Notes under the pieces: model-generated
What the model saw: the letters and a program-made list of their open reading frames with translations, nothing else
The model's database searches: none
Told to the model about the DNA's origin: nothing
DNA from: an uncultured Bacteroides sp.
GTDB lineage: Bacteria; Bacteroidota; Bacteroidia; Bacteroidales; Muribaculaceae
Direction of reading: 5' to 3'
NCBI GenBank assembly: GCA_964384885.1
Contig: CAYLMR010000002.1
Span: 10,137-74,136 of the forward strand
DNA: 64,000 nt
Made by a program: the position numbers and the translations under genes
Shown here: positions 8,287 to 16,846 of the stretch, piece by piece
Layout of the letters: every line of letters begins with the position of its first letter
Position numbering within the stretch: the first letter of the stretch is position 1

Positions 8287-11200
8287 TTACTTGAAAGATT
8301 CAAGAGCGGCCTGTGCCTGAGCGGCATAGCGCTTGTAGGTAGGAGATGTGGGCGAACCCGCTTCGGGGAACACATAGTTCCTTACAGCGTTTTTAATAGT
8401 GTCGGACGCTTCCTTATTCTCATTAACATGTCGCTGCTCGATCTTGAGCTGGTCAACTTTGTCGATAAGGTCGTTCTTAATCTCAGGAGTGAACATAGGA
8501 GAGGAAATAATATCGGTGAACTTTGGCGCGAGAAGGGTGAAAGTCTCGATACCGAAGTCGTCGGCAGTCACTACGCCGAAGCCTTTCTGCCCAAATTCGT
8601 TTTCACCGGTCTTAAGCAGTCCGAAAGCAATGGCATAGAAAAGATACTTGATAACATCGTCGCCCTTCGGGCCTTCGCTTTCGCCGAAGAGGGGAGGCAG
8701 CTGGGTGCCGTCACCCTCGGAATGAAGCATGATACGGTTGGCAAGGTCTTTTGACTTGTCACCGCTTTGTGTTAGAGAGTCGTATTTCTCCTTCAGGAAA
8801 GGCATGTAGCTTATGGCTCGCGCGGGAAAGGTGTTTTTATAGGCCATTACGGTGATTTCGTCCTTTCGAGGAGACTCATAGAAGTAGAACAGACGTGTCT
8901 TACTCTCGTTGTAAGCTGTTTTGAGCATGTGTTTCAGCTGTTCTACGAAAGTTTTTTTCTCCTCATCCTCGGTGTCAAGACCGGGAACAGCCACAAGCAG
9001 AATCGAATCGGTGCCTGCAGCGGCTTCTTCAGTAGGGCTCGTAGTGTTTTTCATCGTGCGATTCAGCTCCATGTCGTTCAGAGAAATATACACATCGCTA
9101 TTGGCCACCAGGCTATAAGCAAATTGCTGTAACTTATCGTGGTTGTTTCCAAACATCTCGTAGAGTTGATCAAGCACGTTGAGGCCCAGCACTGGCTCGT
9201 TTCTCATCATCTCCGTATGATATGCCTCGACGATTTCATCAAGCACCACATGAGCGGCTTGTTCAAGCCGGGTTACGTTGGCAATGCGTTTGGTGACCGC
9301 TGTAAAAGAATTGCCTGAGTCTTTGGCGATATAGTTGCGCATTGCCTGAGCCATGGTAAGCATTTTATCCTTATCAAGCAAGAGATCTCGCTCAAAGCGT
9401 TTAAGACGGTTGAGATCGGCAATCTCAATTATAACCTTGCGGAGATCAGGCTCGCCGGCAGGAGTACTACCGCCGATAAGTGAGTCATATTCCTTAAAGG
9501 TCTCGTCAAGTCGGCCTGCGAAACGCTGTATTTCCATCTGAAAATCGGTAAACAGCTGGATGAGTTTGGGGAGGAGTTTTTTCTGGAACACCTGAAGTGA
9601 AGTGCGCATAGTGCGAGCTTCATATTCCTGAGCCAGCACGTTGGTGTAGTCCAGATAAATGTTTTCCTTGCTTCTCTTAATGATATTTATGAGAAATCCA
9701 ACACCCTTGTATTCATCTTCGAGGGCGCGACGTTCATCAACACAGCGGGATATGGTTTCGTCGAGTGTCACAATTTCTCCGTCAATGCCTTGATATTTGG
9801 TTTGCAAGAGTTCAAGGATGCGGGCGGTAATCTGCTTGATGTCGTTGGCCGAGTAGACGCCTTGTTGCCACTGTTGGAAGAGGTTGTTGGCTATGTGATC
9901 AACAATAGCAGCCGCACTGTCTTTCACTACCTGAGAATTTGCCTTAGCCTCAAAATAGGCTTCCACACCTTTTTCTTCACGGAACTCTTCTTTATAGCGC
10001 TCGTCGAAGTATTGGGCGACAATCTGTAGCGGCTGCCCCATCTCTTTGGCCGCTTTATAGGTATAGTCGAGAGCTACTTCATTTTCCCAGAAGTCATTAA
10101 TAGACGGTGGATTCTTGCCATTGGCAGGTTTAAGGATAGGGGTGCTGAGCGACAGGTCTGAGTCATGAAGTTTCCAGTTCTTAAGATTGGCTTTACTGAG
10201 ATATTCGCCGTAGTCGCGGGCTTGGGAGGGCATTTCGAGAATGAAGCCGCGGTCGTTGTCGTAGTTTAGATAGAGCATCATGCCCATAATAACCTTCGAT
10301 ACACTCTCGGAGACATGAAGAGTAAGACGGTCGGAAGGGTAGCGGAGGCGTTTGATACCGAATGAACCGATAGCTTTTGTTCGGGCAGCTTCAAGCCTAG
10401 CGCCGGGTTTGGTGTTGGTTTTGTATTCGGTTACGTACTCTATCTTATTTTCGCAGCGGAAATATCTGTTGAGCACCCTCATTTCGTTTGTTTCATCATT
10501 GAAGACGCGGAAGAACATCACGTCAGCCACAATCTTGGGTAACTCCGTAAAACTTCCTACTACGGCTCCATTATCGTTAACATTGGTGTAGACTGACAAA
10601 CCGAAACGTTTCTTAGAGTTATTAGCGTCAGGTTTGATGTGCTCCTGACCCGTGGAAACATCCGACGGCAGGAACGCACCGGCATTGAGAGCACTGAGTT
10701 CTGAAATAGCGGCATATCCGTTGGCATGATAGCGACCTGCGTCGGCACCTTGAGGAGCAAGTTCTTCGGGAAGCATTGCAAACACCTCAACCTGAGTGTT
10801 GGGATAGCGGGTTATGAGCTGGGATGTTACATCAACAATAGATCCGGAACCTGTTCCGCCCGCGAGTCCGGCAAATACATATATATGGAGATCATTGGCA
10901 TTGCCAACGGTACGCTGAAGATCGGTAATGAGAAATTCAACCTTCTGGTTAAAGGCCGGAGCATTGGAGGCAAACAGAATTCGGCCTGCACGACGCTTCT
11001 GACCGGCGGCTTTTCCTACTTCTCCGATACTTGACTTTACAAATTGACCGTTCTCGACAATATGTCGCAGACCCGGGAAGGCAGTAGGATTGTCGAAAAT
11101 TGCATTGATGTTTACATTTTTTATGCCGAGATATTCGGCGGGAGTAATGGCGCTGTCCTGCCCCATTACCTTGAGGTCATCGTTGCCGGCGAGTTTAGCG

Positions 11201-11355
11201 GGGGACATGTCTTCGTCGGAGTCGATATACAGAAAGCGCACGGGAAGTTTGTTCCTTTCGTTCATATCGGGGAATTCTTCCCACATTCGTTTGCGGAACT
11301 CGCGGAGCACGTTATATCCAGTGCCACCGATTCCTATGAGGATGTGATTAGCCAT
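8287..11355 (-). CDS. Tubulin/FtsZ-like GTPase (Tubulin_2 / FtsZl1 type) with a long helical C-terminal extension
   Basis: T1 IGIGGTG, FLYIDSD, T3-like AAGQKRRAGR, T4 AGLAGGTGSG; 1022 aa with a coiled-coil-like middle region; no FtsZ C-terminal peptide. Confidence 0.88.
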   Translation of the reverse strand: MANHILIGIGGTGYNVLREFRKRMWEEFPDMNERNKLPVRFLYIDSDEDMSPAKLAGNDDLKVMGQDSAITPAEYLGIKNVNINAIFDNPTAFPGLRHIVENGQFVKSSIGEVGKAAGQKRRAGRILFASNAPAFNQKVEFLITDLQRTVGNANDLHIYVFAGLAGGTGSGSIVDVTSQLITRYPNTQVEVFAMLPEELAPQGADAGRYHANGYAAISELSALNAGAFLPSDVSTGQEHIKPDANNSKKRFGLSVYTNVNDNGAVVGSFTELPKIVADVMFFRVFNDETNEMRVLNRYFRCENKIEYVTEYKTNTKPGARLEAARTKAIGSFGIKRLRYPSDRLTLHVSESVSKVIMGMMLYLNYDNDRGFILEMPSQARDYGEYLSKANLKNWKLHDSDLSLSTPILKPANGKNPPSINDFWENEVALDYTYKAAKEMGQPLQIVAQYFDERYKEEFREEKGVEAYFEAKANSQVVKDSAAAIVDHIANNLFQQWQQGVYSANDIKQITARILELLQTKYQGIDGEIVTLDETISRCVDERRALEDEYKGVGFLINIIKRSKENIYLDYTNVLAQEYEARTMRTSLQVFQKKLLPKLIQLFTDFQMEIQRFAGRLDETFKEYDSLIGGSTPAGEPDLRKVIIEIADLNRLKRFERDLLLDKDKMLTMAQAMRNYIAKDSGNSFTAVTKRIANVTRLEQAAHVVLDEIVEAYHTEMMRNEPVLGLNVLDQLYEMFGNNHDKLQQFAYSLVANSDVYISLNDMELNRTMKNTTSPTEEAAAGTDSILLVAVPGLDTEDEEKKTFVEQLKHMLKTAYNESKTRLFYFYESPRKDEITVMAYKNTFPARAISYMPFLKEKYDSLTQSGDKSKDLANRIMLHSEGDGTQLPPLFGESEGPKGDDVIKYLFYAIAFGLLKTGENEFGQKGFGVVTADDFGIETFTLLAPKFTDIISSPMFTPEIKNDLIDKVDQLKIEQRHVNENKEASDTIKNAVRNYVFPEAGSPTSPTYKRYAAQAQAALESFK

Positions 11356-11406
11356 GAGAGGTTTATATTAAATTGGTTATATATTTCGTGAAATGGAGAT
11401 TTTTTG

Positions 11407-12048
11407 CTACAAACGCCGCAGTCGCACGCCGTTGGTTCGTTGGCGGCCCATATGTCTTGGAGGGATATTGCCCCGAGCTCGCATTGTGCGTGCGTTGCGG
11501 GCATAATGCGTTTCAGCTCGCATAGTAAAGATAACTACCCCTGCAGTGATAGCAAGGAATAGTAAGCTCCACCCGAGCGATTCCAAGATAAATTGATTGA
11601 GAAAGCTGTTGAGAGTGTCAGCAATAGCAACACTAATGTTTGAAGTGTCAAAACCCGAAAATTCACCGGCTCCTACAAATGATGCCACCATTGGAAAGTT
11701 ATCAATCAGTCTCTCACATATTATATGTGATTCTTCCGGAGTTACTTCCACCGGATTAATATATTCGGAACTATGGATAACGTTTGCGTCAAGCCAGGTT
11801 GCGACTTCACCGCATTTTATTTTAAGCGCCACAGCACCGCAAAGCGAAATCATCTGTGGAATCAGTAGAACGCAAAGCACCGCTCCCGCAATGAAACTAA
11901 GTGGGGAGAAGGTCTTGCGGGGATAGAAACCCTTAATAAGAAGAAAAAGGAGAATAACAAATGTGACTGTAAGGAGTACGCCCAAAATAAAGCTTCCGAA
12001 AGCATAGTGGATGATATCTCCAAGCAGCGGTAAATCAAAGAAAAACAT
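11407..12048 (-). CDS. Polytopic membrane protein, first gene of the tubulin-like operon
   Basis: 213 aa, about three hydrophobic helices, Arg-rich C-terminal tail. Confidence 0.75.
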   Translation of the reverse strand: MFFFDLPLLGDIIHYAFGSFILGVLLTVTFVILLFLLIKGFYPRKTFSPLSFIAGAVLCVLLIPQMISLCGAVALKIKCGEVATWLDANVIHSSEYINPVEVTPEESHIICERLIDNFPMVASFVGAGEFSGFDTSNISVAIADTLNSFLNQFILESLGWSLLFLAITAGVVIFTMRAETHYARNARTMRARGNIPPRHMGRQRTNGVRLRRL

Positions 12049-12062
12049 TAAGCGGGTTTACT

Positions 12063-12358
12063 ATGCCTCGCATGTCCTCTGTTTGGCGATTTGATTGTGA
12101 ACGGGTACAAAAAAGCGTGGGACATTGTTCACTGCATATCTTGTTAGAGGCATCGCCAAACGCCTTTGTCGAAATATAACAGTCCACCCCACGCCATGCC
12201 GATATATCGGACCCCGCTTGAGGGGGTGGATACTTCAAGCACCGCGTTCTGGCTGCTTATCCTTCGACATTGAAAGTTTTGGCGATTTTCTAACAAAGGA
12301 TTAAGCGAAAACGCTTTTTAATATGTCTTGGCAAAGGGAGGGAGACTACTTTTGCCAA
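12063..12358 (-). ncRNA. Candidate structured 5' leader RNA (cis-regulatory switch)
   Basis: Nested inverted repeats 12141-12182/12253-12296, 12183-12190/12223-12230 and 12110-12118/12311-12319; hairpin 12328-12358; alternative partners at 12081-12090 and 12115-12121. Confidence 0.55.
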
Positions 12359-12361
12359 CCG

Positions 12362-12393
12362 CAAAGGTAGTTATTTGGAAGTATTCCCGCAAA
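12362..12393 (-). promoter_or_regulatory. Bacteroidetes primary-sigma promoter of the tubulin-like operon
   Basis: Minus strand TTTG-N20-TACCTTTG matches the -33/-7 consensus TTTG-N19-21-TAnnTTTG. Confidence 0.8.
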
Positions 12394-12743
12394 TAGTTAA
12401 ACTATTTTGCTGATAATCTAAAGGTTAAAAAATGTTAATAATAAACTCGTGTGTATTATTAATTAATGTGTGATTGATTTAAGAATTATAATAGTTTTTG
12501 TCGCATGATTCTACCTTCCGTCCACATGCTCTTGAAAGTCTTGTATATGACTTTGGTGATTATATAACCTCAAAGGGGTATAATCACTATATATCATTCC
12601 GATCTAATGGTTTTTAAGATATGCCGAAAAATTTGTAAATCTCACCTATATTTAATATAGAAAAATCAGCCGCTTAGTATATCGCTATATAACTGACCGT
12701 GTAATTTGGAAGGGTTTATTATATTGAAGAGTGTTGAGCCTAA

Positions 12744-13427
12744 TTATTTGTGTGGGAAGAGGGAGGTGAGGGCGAGGGTGAGGCGGGGGAGGGGGGAGGA
12801 GTAGTGGTCGCCGGGGACGCTTTTAAATTCGGTGTTGATGCCTCGGGCCCGGAGCAGTTCGATGATTTCCTGAGTGTTTTGGGCCACGGTGTTGAAGGCT
12901 TTTACCTTGGAGTGGGATTCCTTGTCGCCGAGCAGGAAGAAGGCTTTGCCGGTTTTGGCGGGGATGGGGCGGCTTTTCATCCAGTCCACAAATCCTTCAT
13001 ACCAGAAGGAACCTGACAGGGAGGCGATGTTGCGGAAGGTGTCACACACCATCCATTGCCACAGGGCGAAGAGTCCTGACATCGACACTCCGACGAGAGT
13101 TCTCTCAACGTCGCTTCGGAGGCCGAGAGCGGTTTCAACTTGGGGAATTACCTGCTGTTGCAGGAGCTTGAGAAATTGAGGGGAGTCGCCCTTGAAGTCG
13201 GGGCTGCCGGCGGGCACTCCCTTGGCGGGCCAGGGGCTGAATACGCTTTCCCAGTCCATGCCGGTTATCACTACGATGTTAAGGTTATATTGCCGGCTCG
13301 CGGGCTCAATCCAATCGGAGAGGAGGTTGACGGGATAGAGAATGTAGGCAATTTGGTTGCTTCCTTCCACTTTGCTGTATTGGCAGTCGAGGCTACCGAT
13401 CTTTATATTCTGAGGCATATCTATCAT
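12744..13427 (-). CDS. Alpha/beta-hydrolase (putative esterase)
   Basis: Nucleophile elbow GVSMSG, SLSGSFW, LLGDKE, C-terminal PGDH; overlaps the upstream stop codon by 4 nt. Confidence 0.8.
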   Translation of the reverse strand: MIDMPQNIKIGSLDCQYSKVEGSNQIAYILYPVNLLSDWIEPASRQYNLNIVVITGMDWESVFSPWPAKGVPAGSPDFKGDSPQFLKLLQQQVIPQVETALGLRSDVERTLVGVSMSGLFALWQWMVCDTFRNIASLSGSFWYEGFVDWMKSRPIPAKTGKAFFLLGDKESHSKVKAFNTVAQNTQEIIELLRARGINTEFKSVPGDHYSSPLPRLTLALTSLFPHK

Positions 13428-14800
13428 ATTATAAATAAGACAATTGTTACTGCTGAGGCCATGATCAGGAGCGCAAGGCCTATTTTGCCGCCCGAGGTAA
13501 AGAGGGGCGCGCCGGGATTGTTTTCATGCCGGGCTTTGATGTAAAAGCCGATGCCGAGAAGATAGAACACTGAGGTCATCATCATTTCTTTCAGTCCGCC
13601 GGCATAGGCCATCCACAGGCAGAACAATGAGGTGATGACACCTAAGAGGCGTATTGGCCAACTGTCAGCTTTCTTGAGCAGAAAAAGGCCTGTGAAGAAA
13701 TAACAGGGTATGATCATGAGCCCCGTGATGTGGAGCGCGGCGAGATAAACGTCGTCGGCCATAGCCACCATGAGCAGAAACAGCTCCATGACTACGCTCG
13801 ACGCAAAGAGACCGAACGCGGGCATCTTGTGACGGTTGAGCCTTTGGAACGAGCGTGGCAGTATGCCTACAAGTGAGGCTTCATAGGGCACTTGAGCCAC
13901 GACGAGTGTCCACGCCACCCATCCTCCGAGCAGGGAGATAATCACCGCGCAGATCACAAACCAGTAAGCCCATTCGCCAACGCTGTCACGAAGAATGTAG
14001 GCTATCGAGGGGTCCTGAAGTTCAGACAGCTGAGCGCGGCTCATGAGGCCGAAGCAAAGAAGAGTGACTGCGACATAGAGCACCAGCGAGATAACAAAGC
14101 CGGCAATTCCGGCGCGCCCCACATCGGAGTTGCGTTTTGCGCGCGCCGACATCATCACGGCGCCCTCAACTCCGAAGAAGCAAAACAGCGTTATCATCAT
14201 GGTGTTCTTGATCTGAGTGGCGACGCTGCCGAGGTCGGAGAAGTTACCCCATATGTCAGCCTCAAACAGCCTCATCTTGAAAAACAGCACAAAGACGCCA
14301 ATAATGAATATCAGCATCACTATCTTGACTCCGGCAAGGAGAGTGTTGATTATCTTGGCAGTCTTAATGCCCTCCGACACTATGAAATACATCACCCATA
14401 TCAATGCAGACCCAAACACCACCATCTCCCAGCCGTGGCGGAGCAGCTGGGGAAAAAAGGCGCCGCACGAGTCGCTGAGCATCACTCCATAGGTCACATT
14501 TGAGAAGGCGGTGCAAAGCCAGTAACCCCAGGCTATGTTAAAGCCTGTGTAGTTGCCGAAACCTGCCTGGGCATATTGATATATTCCGGCGTTATATTGA
14601 GGATAGCGCAAGCTTAACCATCTGAACGCCAGCACCAGCGGCAGAATGCCGAGTGCCGTAACCATCCATGAGACGAAAACCGCTCCCGGCGCTGCGACCG
14701 AGGCCATATTCTGGGGCAGGTTGTAGATGCCTACCCCTACCATTAGTCCGAAAACGAGAGCCGTGAGGCCCCAAAAACCGAGTTTACCGGTGGTGAGCAT
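13424..14800 (-). CDS. APC-superfamily basic amino acid/polyamine antiporter (ArcD/LysI-like)
   Basis: Start MLTTGKLG (14800); KLGFWGLTALVFGLMVGVGIYNLPQNMA, YAQAGFG..GF..AWGYW, F.GVEGA motifs; about 12 TM helices. Confidence 0.85.
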   Translation of the reverse strand: MLTTGKLGFWGLTALVFGLMVGVGIYNLPQNMASVAAPGAVFVSWMVTALGILPLVLAFRWLSLRYPQYNAGIYQYAQAGFGNYTGFNIAWGYWLCTAFSNVTYGVMLSDSCGAFFPQLLRHGWEMVVFGSALIWVMYFIVSEGIKTAKIINTLLAGVKIVMLIFIIGVFVLFFKMRLFEADIWGNFSDLGSVATQIKNTMMITLFCFFGVEGAVMMSARAKRNSDVGRAGIAGFVISLVLYVAVTLLCFGLMSRAQLSELQDPSIAYILRDSVGEWAYWFVICAVIISLLGGWVAWTLVVAQVPYEASLVGILPRSFQRLNRHKMPAFGLFASSVVMELFLLMVAMADDVYLAALHITGLMIIPCYFFTGLFLLKKADSWPIRLLGVITSLFCLWMAYAGGLKEMMMTSVFYLLGIGFYIKARHENNPGAPLFTSGGKIGLALLIMASAVTIVLFII

Positions 14801-14808
14801 AGTGTGAT

Positions 14809-15261
14809 TTAATTGGTATGTAATTTCATTATATCGGGGAGGTCGCGGAAACCGAGCGACTGATAAACCGGGCGCCCGTCGTCGGTTGTCTCGAGGTAGA
14901 TTTTTCCGCAACCGCGTCGCTTTGACTCCTCAATGAGATGTGAAACAATCTCATGAGCCAGCCCGTGATGTCGGAATAGCTCGCGCACATAGATGTTCAT
15001 CAGATAGGCGCACTTTCCGGAAGGATTGTCGGGTGAGGGGAGTTCGTCGGTGAAGCATACCGCTCCGCAACCACATGCCTCGCCGTCCCACTCTGCCGCG
15101 ATGGCATAATGGGAGCCGTAGGCGATATGCTGCTGATAATAGCGGCGGTTGGCTGTGAGCAGCGTCTCGTCAGGCTTCTGCCCGAACACATGCTCTATCA
15201 CCTCCGCGCGCCAGCTCATCAGCGTGGGTAAATCGGTTATTTCTCTAATCCTAACCCTCAT
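14809..15261 (-). CDS. GNAT family N-acetyltransferase
   Basis: AYLMNIYVRELFRHHGLA (acetyl-CoA motif A), IYLETT..GRPVYQSLGF. Confidence 0.9.
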   Translation of the reverse strand: MRVRIREITDLPTLMSWRAEVIEHVFGQKPDETLLTANRRYYQQHIAYGSHYAIAAEWDGEACGCGAVCFTDELPSPDNPSGKCAYLMNIYVRELFRHHGLAHEIVSHLIEESKRRGCGKIYLETTDDGRPVYQSLGFRDLPDIMKLHTN

Positions 15262-15286
15262 AACTAATCACTAATACTTACTCCTA

Positions 15287-16729
15287 TTACTTATAATTCC
15301 CTTCCTTGAGAACTTTGGGCAGAGCCTTCATGTCGATCTTGCCGCGGTGGGTAAGGGGCAATCCGTTGACTTCAACGAAAAACTCCGGCACCATAAAGTC
15401 GGTGAGCTTCGACTTGAGATATTCGCGCACATCATGGAGTGAGAATCCCTTGCGGGGAATGATATAGGCCACAAGATAGTGCAATCCGCCTTCGTCGAGG
15501 AAGGCCCGCACAATGCCGCGTTCCACCTCGGGATATTCGTTCAACACATTCTCAACCTCCTCAGGCTCGACGCGCTTGCCGAGTATCATCACCTGCTCGT
15601 CGCGACGATGGAGGAAAGCCATATTGCCGTCGGGAAGCACATAGCCCATATCGCCGCTGCGATAAAAATGAGTGCCGTCGGGGAGGGTCACGAAGTTTGC
15701 CTGCTCGGGGGGATTGCCGAGGTAACCCTGATTCACGCCCTCGCCGAAGATGCATATTTCGCCCACTTCCCCTTTGGGAACTTCCTTGAAATTCTTGTCA
15801 AGAATCTTGACTTCAACGCCTTTGATGGCTTTGCCGATCGAGAAAGTGCCGTCTTCAAGAGGCTCGGCGTTATCCACACGGAAGTAGTTTGAACATGCGC
15901 ATGTCTCCGAAGGGCCGTAAGTATTATAAATCCTTATACCCCTGTTGCGCAGGTTGGTTATATAGCTTGCGCGGATCACGTCGCCACCGCTGATAATCAG
16001 ATTTACCGATTTCGGGAGCAATTCGGGCTTCTTGTTGAGGTCGGCGATCAGATAGGGGAAACCGTCAATGATTGTAACACTGTGGCGTGTGCAGAAATCC
16101 ATCAATCCGCTCAGCGTACCGTTGTGAACCTCGATAGTCGGAATGGCGAGAGTGGCGCCGTTGAGCAGCGTCGTGAAAACTTCCTCCACAAATATGTCGA
16201 ATGAGCAAACCGAATACTGAAGCATCACATCGCCGGGGCCGGTGTGCATCTCGGCCTCAAAAGCCTCACAGTAGTTCACCACCGAATGGTTTTCCTGAAT
16301 CACACCTTTGGGTTTGCCGGTTGTGCCCGAGGTATAGAGAATATATGCCAGCCCGTCGGGAGTCGAGCGGTCTTCAAAAGTTTCGGTGGTTGGTTGAAGG
16401 TCCTCGCAATAATCGTCGGTAATCACCAGCTTCACCCCGGCGGTCTTCATCATATAATTGATGCGGTCGTTGGGAAGGAAGGGCTCGGCAGGCACATAGG
16501 CGGCGCCGCTTTTCAGCACGGCGAGCATTGCGGCAATCTGCTCGGCACCGTGGTTCATCACTATGCCGACAAATTTCTCATTCCTGTCGTAGAACTTCGC
16601 GAGGATTGAATCGACCATCGCGTCAAGCTCACGGAAACTGAGGGTGCGGTTGTCTTCGATTATCGCGGGATTTTCGGGATATTTATTGACAATCTCCTTA
16701 AAGCGGCTGTAAATTGTTCGTTTGCTCAT
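15287..16729 (-). CDS. Stand-alone NRPS-type amino acid adenylation domain
   Basis: A2 LKSGAAYVP, A3 LAYILYTSGTTGKPKG, A4 FDIF, A5 NTYGPSE, A6 GEICIFGEGV..GY, A7 YRSGD, A10 RGKID; the protein ends right after A10 with no PCP. Confidence 0.9.
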   Translation of the reverse strand: MSKRTIYSRFKEIVNKYPENPAIIEDNRTLSFRELDAMVDSILAKFYDRNEKFVGIVMNHGAEQIAAMLAVLKSGAAYVPAEPFLPNDRINYMMKTAGVKLVITDDYCEDLQPTTETFEDRSTPDGLAYILYTSGTTGKPKGVIQENHSVVNYCEAFEAEMHTGPGDVMLQYSVCSFDIFVEEVFTTLLNGATLAIPTIEVHNGTLSGLMDFCTRHSVTIIDGFPYLIADLNKKPELLPKSVNLIISGGDVIRASYITNLRNRGIRIYNTYGPSETCACSNYFRVDNAEPLEDGTFSIGKAIKGVEVKILDKNFKEVPKGEVGEICIFGEGVNQGYLGNPPEQANFVTLPDGTHFYRSGDMGYVLPDGNMAFLHRRDEQVMILGKRVEPEEVENVLNEYPEVERGIVRAFLDEGGLHYLVAYIIPRKGFSLHDVREYLKSKLTDFMVPEFFVEVNGLPLTHRGKIDMKALPKVLKEGNYK

Positions 16730-16846
16730 ATAATCTTTATGCTTTTCCTTAATAAACACCCCGCCCCTCCAAAAAGTTATTTCCGGCAGTCATTAGCTGT
16801 AGCGCGGTTATTCTTCAGGGAGGGGAGGCAGATGATTACAGAAAAA

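Noticed and set aside
8287-11355. Calling the tubulin-like gene ftsZ or a plasmid/phage tubZ
   Set aside because: It is far too long, has no FtsZ T7 or C-terminal motifs, and has no dcw genes, TubR-like gene or centromere repeats nearby.
12035-12238. 67-aa ORF within the tubulin operon leader
   Set aside because: Non-ATG start and no recognisable features; the region is better explained by RNA structure.
12400-12740. Possible att site or integrase arm sites, including the short inverted repeat GTGATTATA/TATAATCAC at 12556-12587
   Set aside because: No matching repeat at the other end of the block and no recombinase; short inverted repeats are expected by chance in AT-rich DNA.
15287-16729. 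dltA of a D-alanylation operon
   Set aside because: No dltB/dltC/dltD-like genes are adjacent, and the pocket residues look suited to a basic side chain rather than D-Ala.
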